From contig CM120642.1 in assembly GCA_051362555.1 (NCBI GenBank), forward strand, positions 32,178,001-32,242,000: DNA of 64,000 bases. The letters run 5' to 3'. The translations under genes were made by a program, and so were the position numbers. Source of the DNA: Lingula anatina (taxonomy: Eukaryota > Animalia > Brachiopoda). The notes beneath the pieces were generated by a model. That model saw nothing but the letters and a program-made list of their open reading frames with translations, searched no databases and was not told where the DNA came from. The stretch's first letter is position 1. Every line of letters starts with the position of its first letter. Positions 48,601 through 62,801 of this stretch are shown here, in pieces.

Positions 48601-51161
48601 AAGGTGCACTATGTTAGTTTTTACATGTTATTTCCACGATATTCCAGAGCAGATGAGAAAGACCAACAGAAAAGGGTAAAGTCCGTGATACGGAAAGAAT
48701 GGCAGAAAATGGGAAGATTGACGTAAGTGGACACGCACCACTAACACACTTGCTCTGTATTTAAAAAATTACTACACTTTCTTTCCTTTTACATTTAACA
48801 TCTTACAGAAATTTTTTAAACATTTTACAATTCAAAGGCAAGGCTAACTTTCTCACTTTTCAAGTAGCATGCACCTAACACTCCAAATGAATAAACAGTG
48901 ACAATGGAAAATCTTTGAAATACTTTCAGACTTGCTGAATTGATACTGCTAATCATGTTTGTGATCCTCGCTGCCCTGTGGTTGTCACGTGCTCCTGGCC
49001 AGGTGGACGGTTGGGGAAGCCTGTTCAAAGCCAAGTACGTTAATTTCAAAGGGCAAGACTATAATATAAGAAATATTAATGTTTACCTATGTATTTTTTT
49101 GTTATGTAATTGCTTTACTTTTCGGTTTGCGTACCATACGAATAAATATTATATGAAATAAGAACAAGGTACTTTCAAATTTCATAATTTTAGCAACAGT
49201 GTATAAGTAGATAACAAACCATATAATAATAAAAAATCAAACATTGTTCTTTTTAAAGGTATGTGTCTGACGCAACCCCAGCCATCTTAGTTGCGCTCCT
49301 TCTATTCATGTTGCCAGCCAAAGGACTGTGGTGCTTCTCCGGAAAGAAAGGTAAGAATTTGTGCAGCCTATCTATTTCACCTAATATAAATTTGGTCGGC
49401 TTTGCCTTTATATTGCGCTGTACCAGTTTCAAGTTGCCCCGCAATGCTGTCGCATCGTTCTGCAGTTGTATTATCCATACTGTACATTGTTCTTTATAAG
49501 CTCTGTTTTTGTACAACCATTGTCCTGTGTTGTTTAATATTTGCGTTTCTTATTTGAAAAGATTTTTAAAAAATACTATTCAAAGTGTAATGAAACGTTT
49601 TGTTCGAATTCAGAATAGTTACCTTGGTTAGTTTATGGTCCTTTCGTCGCAATGTGCTCCTCTTGTTCCAGACCAGAAAAAGCCCGGTCCTAGCCCGGCT
49701 CTTCTAGACTGGAAAACGGTGGAGAAGAATTTCCCGTGGGGAGTGGTCATTCTGCTGGGTGGAGGCTTTGCTTTGGCGGACTCCGCTCAGGTAGGATATG
49801 AAGATGCTAAAGAAGGGAGCAGATATGGTAACCTTTGTGTGTATGTGTGTAGGAAGGGGGTCCTGCGTCGCGCGGCTTAGTATGGGGAGCTTCAACGACG
49901 AAGGCAAAAGTTTGTGGGGGTTCCGCCTCCCCGTAGGACCAAATTGTTTCGTTTTGCTTGTATGCTTCATGCATACCCCCCCCCCCTTATCGAGTCCTGC
50001 TCAAACAGAAGCAAGAATCAATTATATTAAAATGTAGATATTTACTTTCCTAGCAATCGGGACTCTCTAACCTCGTTGGGAAAGCATTTGAGGGCTTCGG
50101 AGATATCAACCCAGCAGCGATGGCCTTCGTTATAGCTGCGGTGATCGCAGGTGCCACAGAAGTGACCAGCAACACGGCCACCGCCACTTTACTTATACCT
50201 ATCATTGGAGACCTGGTGGGTGACTTTGTATAAGATAAGAAAAAGATAAGAAAAAAATAAATAGGCCTACTGATCACTAAGAATTTGCATTATAAAATTT
50301 GTTTGGATATGAATGTTTGAATACACTAAGAAAAATCTTCACATTTATTTCTTCAGAGAGGTTTATATATCCCATTTATCTACAGGCTATAGCCATAGGA
50401 GTACACCCGTTGTATCTCATACTACCGACGACACTGGCGACATCTTTTGCCTTCATGTTGCCGGTTGCCACACCGCCGAATGCTATTGTGTTTGCGTACG
50501 GGGCGCTCAGAGTGGTGGACATGGTAAGATACGACGTAGTTTCACACACACAACACTAAATATCTATAACACGCGTAGCCTACCATTCCTCCATTTCCAC
50601 ACCCTGTCACTGCCCCAACCAAGAGAACACAGCTCTTATCTAATCTAGCACAAATGTCACATCTAAAACGCAATCTTTCACATCTAACACATTGCATCTG
50701 TCTTCTATAAAACCACTGTGTCAGTCATATCTTACACGTCACAACTGTCTCCTTCAACACATCGCGTTTGTTTTAACAAACTCATGACACCTCAGTGGAT
50801 TAATATTTTAAGATACGATGACTAAAATATTATACAAGATATTATCAGGGAGTTCCGTTTATACATGCCATACAGAATAGCAGTATGACGCATCGGTTTT
50901 CAGACCTCAAATCTGTATATTCAACAGGAGAAGTTATGCATGATCTTATTATAACGTTTTATATATTTTCAGGTACTTGCGGGTATTGGAATGAACATCA
51001 TATGTCTTGGTGTGGTGGCACTGGCCCTGAACACGTGGGGCACTGCGTGGTTTCAGCTGGATGTGCTGCCAGCATTCATGCAGAATGCGACAATTATCTC
51101 AACTACCACAATCTTACCAAACACAACTGTGGCACCTCCTTTGAATTGCACCTGTCCTTGA
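45162..51161 (+). CDS. SLC13A: SLC13 family Na+-coupled di/tricarboxylate (or sulfate) symporter, copy A, ~649 aa (NaDC/NaCT/INDY-like)
   Basis: 15 coding exons: 45162-45278, 45467-45625, 45891-46006, 46412-46569, 46947-47013, 47489-47740, 48023-48160, 48440-48502, 48648-48722, 48930-49034, 49259-49350, 49672-49790, 50054-50215, 50386-50523, 50973-51161. All GT-AG, 1950 nt open. Motifs: [82 protein letters not shown]. Confidence 0.95.
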
Positions 51162-52016
51162 GCAACAGATACAGACTTAAAATATTTTTATATCAGATTT
51201 ACAGATGACCTTTATATGATCGAAGATGCTGTTTATAACTTTATTCACATGCCAGTGAATTGCACATATTCATATCACACAGAAAAGATTGAATAGAATG
51301 CACAGAGGAGTTTTTGATTTAAAAAAAAATATCATTCAAATTATGAATATGTTCTTCATGTACATGTAGCCTGATAAAGGTTTTTGAAATTGCTATTTTG
51401 AAGATGTATACGATATCCTTAGATTCCAACGCACCCATTTCTTCGGTAACCATTCGTCCATGACTGTCCCTCCCGTGCATTAGATAGAGATTTTAAATGT
51501 ATATATATATTTTTTTTTTGTTAGATAAAAAGAAACTCCTTTTTATTTTTCAAGTTATAGATTTAATTGTAAATGAATATTTATTGTCAGACTTAAAGCA
51601 CCAAACGCCCCCCCCCCTTTTTTTCTCTTAGGGTTAGTTGGAGCCAGTGTCATTCGTCTTGGAAGTTGACTTAAGAGTATACCTCATAAAATTATTCTTT
51701 TGAAATACTTCAGGTTTTACGTTTAGTCTTTAGACAAACAAATCAGTGAATTTGTAACACTGTAGTGTTAAGGCCAAACCTTCCTCCTTCTTCTCGTCTT
51801 CTTTATCCCCTTCTGCACGGCTCCATTACCACTCTGAGCCACATATAATTTAGATGTACATAACCGTAGTAAATCCATATTCTATCACCACATGCATATC
51901 ACCCAGTCGTTTCTATCTGCAAACATTTTGTTTTTGACAATTTGTAATATGATAAAGAGGATATGCTATTACGGTTACAGGATATACTATTAGGTCTTTT
52001 AATAATGAGCACGTAC

Positions 52017-52051
52017 ACGCACACACACACGCACACACACACACACACACC
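52017..52051. repeat. (CA)n microsatellite
   Basis: Directly visible. Another (CA)n lies at 54683-54714. Confidence 0.9.
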
Positions 52052-53205
52052 GATAATAACAATAACGTTAAACAATAGGAGGAGTAAAGAAGGTTACAGC
52101 CGGTGACTTAGTTAACTGGCATTCTGTTTTGTGCCTTTTGTGAACCATTCCAAACCTTAGAAAATACATTTTATGCAACAAACATTTTGTTGTTTAGTTT
52201 AACTCTTTCTAGAACAGAAGGTCTGATTGCATATATGTATATAGTTATATTTTGTCAGAGGTTTTTTCTACATTAAATACATCAATACAAATGTTGTCCA
52301 TGTTTTCAATACTTATCTCTCTTTTAACTCCTAAGCTGAAATTACGCTGAGGAGAAGGTTAGTCTTGACATTTGGTCTTTTTCGTACGTAAAAACTGAAA
52401 GTGCACGCAAAATAATACATACACACACATACTTGTCTTGTTTCTCTTCATTCCAAATATTCCCCTAAAATATGATCCAGATGAGTTATCAAATGTCTCG
52501 ATCTAAGTGCGCATTTAGTGAGCTTTTCCATGCATACTAAAACGGGGACATTAATTTATGGGACACTTGGAACAAGGCAGCCAAGGCACACCAAGTGGCT
52601 TGAAACGACAAGTGTATGCAAGTGTAGTGGTTTGTTTCAAGTAATCCCTGAAGCCCAGGGTGCCTTGTTGGTGAAAAATGCAGCGTTGTATCTCATCCTT
52701 ATAGGTGACAGTAGCATATTTAGGTCATGTAATGCATGTCAGTCCCATTCCTTTTTTTCAAACAAACATTTCTCTTTCCCCGAAGAAAAAATTAAAGTGT
52801 GTTCCTTGAACCTGAAACCTCCCGCAGCTTCGAAATAATGACTGTCTAGAGGAAGATCTAAGTTCTGCCATCAATCTGTTACGTTTGTCACCTAAAGAGG
52901 TCGAAACGAAACTCAGGTGTAAGAAGAAACAAACGAACCTTTGTTGCCGTCATACTGAGAGGTTCACGCTGAAAACTATAACTAAGGTAATTGAAACTGT
53001 GTAATATTGAATAATTAACAGTCTTCATAGGCCGGGATTTTATGGACGCTCGGAATTTGGAAAAAGGTTTGTATAGAATTACGTCTTTATTAGTACATAG
53101 ATTAGGGTAAAACGAGCTTTTTCAAAGCACAGCAGTGAAGAAAATCACATCCCTATACTCAGTCGAAATGTCCACTTATAGAACGACAAGACCCTGTTAA
53201 ACTTA

Positions 53206-53402
53206 GGCCACATCCATATTTGTTCCGTGGACTAACAGATCCGCGAGTCAAATATGGCTCACCCACTTGAAAGCTTAGCGCGTAACCCCCGCTGGGAATC
53301 TATTCAATGTCTTTAAGCTGTCCGGCAAGCTTTCAAGTGGACCGGCCATATTTGATCCGCGGATCTGTCAGTCCTCGGATCAAATTTGTTCTGAATGCCC
53401 CC
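53206..53402. mobile_element. Harbinger/Tourist-like MITE
   Basis: Arm GGACTAACAGATCCGCGAGTCAAATATGGCTCACCCACTTGAAAGCTT pairs with AAGCTTTCAAGTGGACCGGCCATATTTGATCCGCGGATCTGTCAGTCC. TTA lies on both flanks (53203-53205, 53403-53405). Confidence 0.75.
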
Positions 53403-54680
53403 TTAATAGCCGCATTGCCCAGGACCTTCTGTATATAAAAAAAGGCAAGGAGATAAAAGATATATCCTGCTCAGCCAGGATCACTTTTCATTCTGTTGTA
53501 TTGAATCTAAAGATTATGTAAGTAGGCCTGTGTCGAGCGTGATGTGACTGTTAGTTTACTGTAAACAGGGTTCACGTGAAAATATGTAATAACACTGAAC
53601 ATTATAATAGAAGCTTGAACTTGGCTATATATGTGTCACATCAAATGTATGCGTCATGAAACAACCGTGTACACTTTTAAACCATATATAGCCTCGCGTG
53701 GATAACTTTAGGATCCCATACAACAGTCATTCTATGGATTTACTTCCTACCTATTTCCCAGCAAATCTCCCCTACTACTACCTCAGTGTCACGCAATTTC
53801 TCGATCAGAAAACGTGCGAGTTTTTTTAAAAAATAATCTGAAAACGAAATATAATAAATAAAATGAATAGTATAAAAATAATTAACCAACAGACTAATAC
53901 AGGAGGGACCAACTGTCGATATTAAATTACAGCTCCAGGGTGTTGGAACATCTTTTAGTCTTCCGTAATACGATACTTGTATACTTTAAATCCAACATAG
54001 TGTGAAACTTTTTGCGTGAGAAACGACCATTGAATTTACGTCCCTTCGTGACTTATTTGCTAAGCCTTTATTATATAAATGCTGGGGTACATGTGGCCGT
54101 TTCCCCTTGCGCAGGAATTTCCATATATATGCATGTTATTTTTACTGTATTTTTGATGTAAACAAGGATCCTCCAAAACTGTACACCCTTGTTTCCTATA
54201 TAAGCAATCAAACACCCTGACAACAATTGTTTCCTACTGATTTGTCGTTGCATTATTTCACCTGTGGTGTGAGTTAATTTATACCTTTATCTGAACACCT
54301 AATAGCAATAAATGTCACAGAAATGGATCCAGTTTTACTAGATTATAACTCAATTGATAAACTTCATTTTTTTAGATCTTACCTCGAGGCCAATACCCAC
54401 CTGTGACAACACATAATTTGTAAGTTAAGCAGGTTTTAAATATCGCCATTTATGCCTGCCTGTATGCTCTTTCTCCTGTTTTGGCCTCATAAAATCTTTG
54501 ATATTATTTTCGGGTTCTTCTTTCGTGTGCACATAAATAAACAACATAACAATAAAGAGCGTGTATATGTACATTGTATACAGATTAGCATCAATGTCAA
54601 CAGCGCATTCAGTTTAAATGCTGTATAATGATCAAGGAGAATAATACGACATATAGATGGGGAGTGGGGGTGCAATGGTA

Positions 54681-54716
<36 letters not shown>

Positions 54717-55297
54717 GCCTTTGACAAGGAATGCCCTTGTACAGTTACTGGGTGAGGGACACAGAAAACAACGTGAAGTGCCCCTCGATCCTCCCCGAAT
54801 TGTAGTCTGATAAGCAAAACGAGATATAACCAAGAAATTCTCCCCCCTGTGTCCTAAATGTAATTTCAATATTGCTCGACTATGGTTTGCCAAAATATTA
54901 TCATGTTGCCATGCCCCCCTCTCCCCCCCCCCAACCCTAAACCCACACCCCAACTCTAAAAGCAAGATCCTGTTTTCTGTCAGTTTTGCGGGTTAGTTTA
55001 CTCTGCAAACGTCCATATTCGTTTACTTTGTATTCACACCTAATTGTCCAAAGGTCTGGGTGGACACATCGTGCCGTATTCCCGACATAACAGTCTGGGA
55101 AGACGAAGACGACAAGCAAGACCATTGTATCTTTTTGATTCTGTGGAATCGGTGAGTCTTTTCATGTGTTTCCATTCAAACCAAGTACAATCATGTTTAT
55201 CACCTTAAATTGAATATCATAACGGTTAAGTTCAACGGCATTATCACTCATTGTATTTGAACTTTTTATAGTATTTCCAGCCAGAGGTACAAACAGG

Positions 55298-58200
55298 ATG
55301 GGAAAATACAGCATAGGCGCCATTCTATGGGCGTACCGTTCCACCATTATTATGATAGCTACACCGCTACTTCTTTCACCAATTCCGATATACTTCAACG
55401 TTGCGGAACCTTTGGTAAGTAGAAACGTTGCACGTATGTTGGAGGTTTTCGAAAATATCTATGGTGCAACAATTAATAATTACAAAGAAACTTGCAATTC
55501 ATTACACAGTTATCATTAACCAAACACGAAAACATTGTAGGTTTACTACTCAAATAGTAGCGGTAAATAGGTTGTCAGGAATAAACGTCAAATTAAATCT
55601 TATGTCATGGCGCATTGTGCATAATAGCTGGTTCTAATGGTTAAGTAAACGCAATAACGGTGCAACCGCAAATAATGATACTGGTAAACCTCAAATAGCA
55701 ATACTACCAATTGGTAAACTTCAAATATGATACTTTCAATTGGTAATTTAGGGGCGTGTTTCAGAGCAGGAGTTCAGTCGAATGTTATTTTAGACAACTT
55801 TGACACAAAACAGAACTGTAAAAGTCCAGAAAATCCAGGAAGTCTTTTTTAATATCTTTCATGCTATGACACAGTCTTGATATTCCAAATGGACTATTAC
55901 AGACTGCATATACAGCGGTTTGGGTAAAAATGGATTTCCACTGAAGTTACTGTTTGAAACAGGGCCCTGCCGAGCAGGCTGTCCCACAATGCGCTGTTAA
56001 AATAGCTACTTGAATTCGTTTGCTCACATCGTGTGCTTTAAGGATTATAATGTAGACATGGTATATGAGGCCGATTTATCATTCAAAAACGCATGCCCGT
56101 TGCATCAGGGATACCGTGACAAATTGTTATTAGAATTACTTTGGCGTGTTTTCATTGGGGATTGTCCTTGGCACATGTTGTGGACAATGTCAATGACTTT
56201 ATTTATAACTGTTATTGTTCGTTGGTCTGTTTGTTACTCTTAGTTAAAGTGCCTCTCGTAATCTTACCTTCTATCCATTTTTAATGGTAATGTTAAGTGT
56301 AAGGGGCAAACATTTGACAAATTAACCACATGGATAAATACATGAATAAAAAGCCGAAGAGCAAAAAAAAAAATGGTATTTGGTAAAGAATAAATTTAAA
56401 TAATAAATTAAATAATAAATTGTCCGAGAATGAAACCAACACGGTTTTTCAAAGTGTTCTTGCATATACCAAATTCAAGCAAAAATGCCAAATGAAAAAA
56501 ACAGGTTAGTATCAGCAAAAGTCTGATTGAGAACATTGGAATTTGAGACTCACTTAAAAATTGTGACAAACATATTATATGAAAAATACAGAGAAAAGTT
56601 CCAAACGTGACATACAAGATATACCTAAAAAAAGATGTGCCTATTCCTTTAGTATTGGCGGGAAGCTAACTGTGCCTACATCCTGGCAATTATGGCAGTG
56701 TATTGGGTGACAGAAGTGATTCCTCTGGCTGCCACAGCGCTCTTCCCCATAGTCTTCATGCCTATCTTCTCTGTCAACACGTCCGCCAGAATATGTTCAC
56801 AGTACCTCAAGGTGAGTAAACATAGTCTAAGTGTCTGTCTATCTGTCCGTTTGCATGCCTTTATTCATAGATATATATGGAGATATATATGTCCTTTGCA
56901 AAACCCAAATAAGTTTTTGAGCAATGCCATAAAGCATTTGTCAAAAATGCACTGAAAATAACATACTTTGAATATTCATGGCAGGATACTAACATGCTGT
57001 TTTTTGGAGGGCTCATGGTTGCCGTCGCAATTGAAAAGTGGAACCTCCACCGCCGCATTGCGTTAGGAGTGCTCATGTTAGTGGGAACAACATCGCGGTG
57101 GTAAGTTTTGCCAAGGAGTTCCATGGTTTTGCCAATCTCATTATAGACCAAGCTCTTTTTACATAGGTTTTGTTTCATTGTTTGTTGCATTCCGAAGGCG
57201 TATACACTTTTTGAACGGCATCATATGAGGATGTTTGTGTTGGATTTTGACCTAAAAAGTACATTTTTACACATAGTGGTAACTTAATTTAGGAATTTTC
57301 CTTATATAGCGAAAAATGTATGTTTAAAGTAATATTAATCATAAGTACCAGCATACCCAAAACATTAATTAAATGAACATAAATTGTTGAATATCTGAAT
57401 ATGGATAACTTTGTCTGAACCAGGCTTATGTTGGGGTTCATGCTCCCTACTTGGTTCTTATCAATGTGGATCAGTAACACAGCCACGACGGCCATGATGG
57501 TTCCGATAGTTCAAGCTGTTCTGCTGCAACTCAAGGAAACGACAACGAAAGATGTTGAAGGTACAGTGTTCTAAACTTTTCTTTAAATGAGCGGCGATTT
57601 ATACGTTTATAATATAATTAGCTGTTAATCTACATGTTGTTCAAGTTTTGGAAAGCATGGGCGCATTTAGGTTTTGTTTTTTTAGTGTGGATGTCAAAAC
57701 CTTACACTGTTGAATAAGTCTTTTTTTAATTATATCTACCAAATAAAATCAACATTTTCCATACGATCCATGTGCATGTATTTGCTAGGATATGATAACC
57801 CTGCACTAGAAAACGACCCAGAACATGTTGACGCTACAGTTACAGAAGCTAACGGGTGAGCACTGACTTTCCAGTACCCTTAGTTATTTGCTGTTTGATA
57901 TACTTTCTTTATACTTTCTTAATGTTCTAAAATGCCACCATATCAATGAGAACTCCTGTGAAAACAATTACGCTTAGCTGTTCCTAACTGAATTTGACAG
58001 TTCAATTCTTGATTTTTGTGTTCTTGTATGACATCAAAAATGTAAATCTGCTTGAATGTATATAAGACTCAACCGATAATTAGAGTCAGATGTAACCGTA
58101 ATTTGCGGTTTGTTGGTTAAATTGAAGTCGGACGATTTGCTTGTAAAACAAGTAATATAAATGGCTCTGGCAAACTTAATCGGTTATTGTTGAATATTAT

Positions 58201-60105
58201 TTTGACGCAAATATCATTGTACAATTTGATTAATCCGTCAAAGCCGACTGAAATACCACCTCAAGTACATCAGTTGCTGGCATACCGCTTATATCTGTTA
58301 CTATTGAAGGAAGCCAACTGATGCCAGTGGCGATGATTTGGAGGGGAATGGCGCCGGGGAGGAGGAGGAGGAGGACCCTGTGTATACCAGGCTGAGTAAA
58401 GGCATGTACCTGTGTATAGCGTACTCGGCCACCATTGGCGGCTTATCCACTCTTGCTGGCACCATACCAAATCTGGTGATGAAGGGACAGGTGGACATGT
58501 AAGATCTTCTCTCTCTCTCTCTCTCTCTCTTCATCTTTCTGTCCGACAATTTCTTTAATACTCTGCTTCATATTATCTATTATTGTATGTCATATTCTCG
58601 TTCGTACCAGGGCATAGATTTACATATGATATATATTTTCCCATTACAGATTGTTTGAAAAATACAACGACGACACCCACACAAAACTAACTTTTGGTAC
58701 TTGGATGGTGTTCGCTCTCCCGACATCAGCAATCTGTCTAGTTATAGCATGGCTTTGGCTTCAGTTACTTTTCCTAACCAATTTTGGGTAAGTGATAGAT
58801 TGGTCCATATATGGTCGTTTTGGGGCAGCCAATGAAGACTGTGTTTTAAATTTTGCTGATGAAAACATTGAATTGATCCGGATTCTTTATACAAATGGCT
58901 ATTTTAGATATTGGACCAGCACTAAATGCCCCCGTAACCACTTTTTATTAAATGGTCTATTAAAGCATATCTGGTCCTATAAATTGATAAGCAGGTACTG
59001 TGATTTCAGAGAGGAATAGAAAGGAGCAATTATATTGTAAATGATGCATGATTCATCCAGCTTTACCTCTTTGTTTGTAGCTGTTGCAAAACTAAATCCA
59101 GAGCCCAAAACTACACACAAGGGTAAGTTGAGTATTACTATCAGTTTTCAAATTTTTTTGGGGGCAGCTTTGGCATATATAGTATACTTTTTAACAGAAA
59201 ACAGCTTTAGTCAAAAATAAGTCTTGGAAAAAGAGATATTGCGGTAGCTTGGAAATAACATTTAAAGTTATAAATGTTTCAGGGCAGATGAAAAAGAGAA
59301 ACAGACACGGGTGAAATCGGCGATACGTAAAGAATGGAAGAAGATGGGGCGGCTGACGTAAGCGTATCACTCGTACTACAAATCGGCTTTAATTTGAAAT
59401 AAAAAAAAAAAAAAACATGCTGATGATTTGTTTTTCATGGAGAATTTTAATTTTGAACTAAATATACTTGACACTGGCCTATTATATGACTCGCTAGTTT
59501 AGAACACGCAAACATGCCTCCCACTGTCTTAACCTTACAGTGTTTCTCCGAAGTATTTTAGTTTCAAACAAGATTAAGGTCAAATACTAATATATATATG
59601 ACAGAAGATAAATCTGTCCAAATAACGTTTTCACCAAAATATCAAACACTGGAAGATGTTTTTTTTTTCAGGCTTGCCGAATTATTGCTGGTGATAATGT
59701 TAGTGATCCTCGCTGCCCTGTGGTTGTCACGTTCTCCAGGTCAGGTGGACGGATGGGGAAGTCTGTTCAAAGCCAAGTACGTCTTCCAATCTTGTATTAT
59801 ATTTTACTCAAATCCAATATCCATCATGTGGTTCGCACTATCTAATAGCGGGAGGAGGTGTCTTTTGGGATGTTGGAGAAAGCGTTTGTCAACATATGTG
59901 TGAATTGGTCATGTAATCTTAAATGTGACATTATCTCGTCGTTTGCACTTGTAAAGTGTATTTTTAAAAGAATTTTAAAGAATGGATTCCTGATTCCATT
60001 CAACAGAGATTGGCAAGTATTTAGGCTGAAAGACTGTGGCACATTATAGCCAACAGAGTGAGTAATTTTGCTGCTTATACTTGCCAATCATTACAAAGAC
60101 ACTAT

Positions 60106-60158
<53 letters not shown>

Positions 60159-62253
60159 ACAAAATCATTTGATTAAAAGAAACAAAAATATATTGGCATA
60201 TTATTGCTTGAAATCCCCTCCTCGTTTCGTTTTAGATATGTATCCGACGCAACTCCAGCCATTTTAATTTCGCTCCTTCTATTCATGTTGCCAGCCGAAG
60301 GACTGTGGTGCTTCTCAAATAATAAAGGTAATCATTGGCATTACTCATCCTTCATAACTCTTTTATTCTGAAAACGCTTGATCTGTACTCATTGCGGCCA
60401 TTTTTTCTTTTCCCTTCTTTTTTTCAGATGAGAGAAAGCCCGGTCCTAGCCCTGCTCTTCTAGACTGGAAAACGGTGGAGAAGAATTTCCCGTGGGGGGT
60501 GGTCATTCTGCTGGGTGGAGGCTTTGCTTTGGCGGACTCTGCCAAGGTAGGATAGTGGATGGACGTAAAATATAAAGTGTATGAAGCTTAACAATGATAG
60601 GGGTACCTTTGTATGTGAACCACATTTCTTTACTATTTATTTTATCATAAAGAGAATAATTGAGCAGTGTGATGTATCTAAAGCAACTCTTCTATCACCA
60701 TATGAATAACAAAACAGTGGAAACACCATGCAGAGGTCCATTATTTTGGAAGTTGAATTGTTTCAAAAATATGGCGGAGTAAGTTTGAACGCTATCTCCA
60801 AAATAACCTTCTAAGATTATTTCAGTCTTTCGGCCATTTTACGACTGGAGGTGTAGCGTGCCAGCACCAAGCAGTTGACAAGATATTAATAATGGCGTCA
60901 TCATATCCATCTACAGTACCATGAATATCTTTAAAGGATAATTGAATTATGAGAATTGAAACATATATACACTAATTCTGAGTTGAGATTTCTGTTCTGG
61001 GGGGGGGGGGGGGGGGAGTAACACTTAGTTAACTACAGTGGTTGAAATATAAATGCAGATTGAAGTTGTTCCAACTTATATGTTTTGTAAATCATTTCGT
61101 TCCTTCTTACTTTCTTTTAGGAATCCGGCCTGTCTGATCTCGTTGGAAAAGCATTTGAAAGCTTCCGGGGCATCAACCCAGTTGTGTTGGCCATTATTAT
61201 AGGTGCAGTGGTCGCAGGTGCGACAGAAGTGACCAGCAACACGGCCACCGCCACCTTACTTATACCTATCATTGGGGAACTGGTGGGTGATGCATAGCAT
61301 TTCAAAATGTTAGAAACTGGGAATTAATGAATGTCGCTTTTCGCCCTTCTTTAAAACTAATGAAAAAAGGTATTCTAGCAGTTCGTCTTTATTCAGTTAG
61401 TAGTAATTTGATTGATCAGTGCAAGATTTTAAACTATAAATACAGAATATTCAGGACATTATGAGTATATTCACTTATATGTGAACATATGAAGTTTGCT
61501 GTCTTATGTGAGTTTACTCAAAGCCATATCTTGTCTACTTACAGGCTATAGCCATAGGAGTACACCCTCTGTATCTAATACTACCGACGACACTGGCGAC
61601 ATCTTTTGCCTTCATGCTGCCAGTTGCCACACCGCCGAATGCTATCGTGTTTGCGTACGGCGCCCTCAGAGTGGTGGACATGGTAAGAGACGACGTACTT
61701 TTACAACCAGCACATCACACTCATTTTACATATTCCATAAGGCTCTTATTGAGGGATACTGGTATGACCCAGGAGGGTTTATCCCCCCCCCCCCCCCCCC
61801 CACACACACAACGTTTTCGACCACTTAGTACAGTCGTGACTCCTGTATGTTATATGGAAAAGAATGTTAAATGTTCTAACATGCTGTATAAGAAAGATAA
61901 AGGTTATTTGTCCAAGTTGTCTCTATTTTTAATTGTAATAGTATTACATACTAGAAATACTTGATTTTGAGCTCTGCAACATTGAGTGAAAGGATGTATA
62001 TTTGGTTTTAACAGTTACTGATATGTTGAATAATTACATCTTGATTTACTCTAATATCTAGGTTCTTGCGGGTATTGGAATGAACATCATATGTCTTGGT
62101 GTGGTGGCATTGGCCCTGAACACGTGGGGCACAGCGTGGTTTCAATTGGATGTGCTGCCGGCGTTCATGCAGAATGCGACAATTATCTCAACTACCACAA
62201 TCTTACCAAACTCAACTGTGGCGCTTCCTTTGAATTGCACCTGTCCACCGTAA
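55298..62253 (+). CDS. SLC13A: SLC13 family symporter, copy B (tandem paralog), ~615 aa
   Basis: 15 coding exons: 55298-55414, 56653-56811, 56985-57100, 57424-57560, 57789-57855, 58310-58498, 58650-58787, 59081-59122, 59283-59357, 59672-59776, 60236-60327, 60428-60546, 61121-61282, 61545-61682, 62062-62253. Intron phases match copy A, 1848 nt open, same SLC13 motifs. Confidence 0.95.
55751..55967. mobile_element. Harbinger-like MITE in SLC13-B intron 1
   Basis: Imperfect TIR GGGGCGTGTTTCAGAGCAGGAGTTCAGTCGAA / TTCCACTGAAGTTACTGTTTGAAACAGGGCCC. Confidence 0.6.
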
Positions 62254-62801
62254 ATGCTAGATGTGAGCTGTAGCAGCGCTTGTGTTTTATATTTAAATGG
62301 AAGCAAATATTCATAAATTTTAATTGTTCAATATATCAGATTAAATTAGATTTTACAAACCCATCAGTCCACTAAACATCGACGGAATAATATTGGCAAT
62401 TTAAGAAACTTGCAGATATTACATACCTTACAGAATGTATTAGTTTTATTAAAGCAACATTTTATTTCCAAAGCGATTCAACAACTAACCTAAAATAGGT
62501 TGAAATGTGCATTTATCCTCCTTCCCTTTTTCTTTTATTTATATAGTCTTCATGCCAAATGAAACCTCTAAGTCTATTTATTTATCAAGATGTTTGTCGT
62601 ATGTTTTGTCAGTGGGCAGGCAGGGTATCGATACTTTCGTTCAAGAAATATGTACTGTTATTATAAGAAAGGGGTTAGATATTACATTTTATATTACTGT
62701 GATGCTTAGGCAAGTATAAATTAAGATTTGCTTTTTTGTATTATGAAATTGGAAATGATGATGATGTCAATGTCATCAAAATCTGTATGATATAAATAAC
62801 G

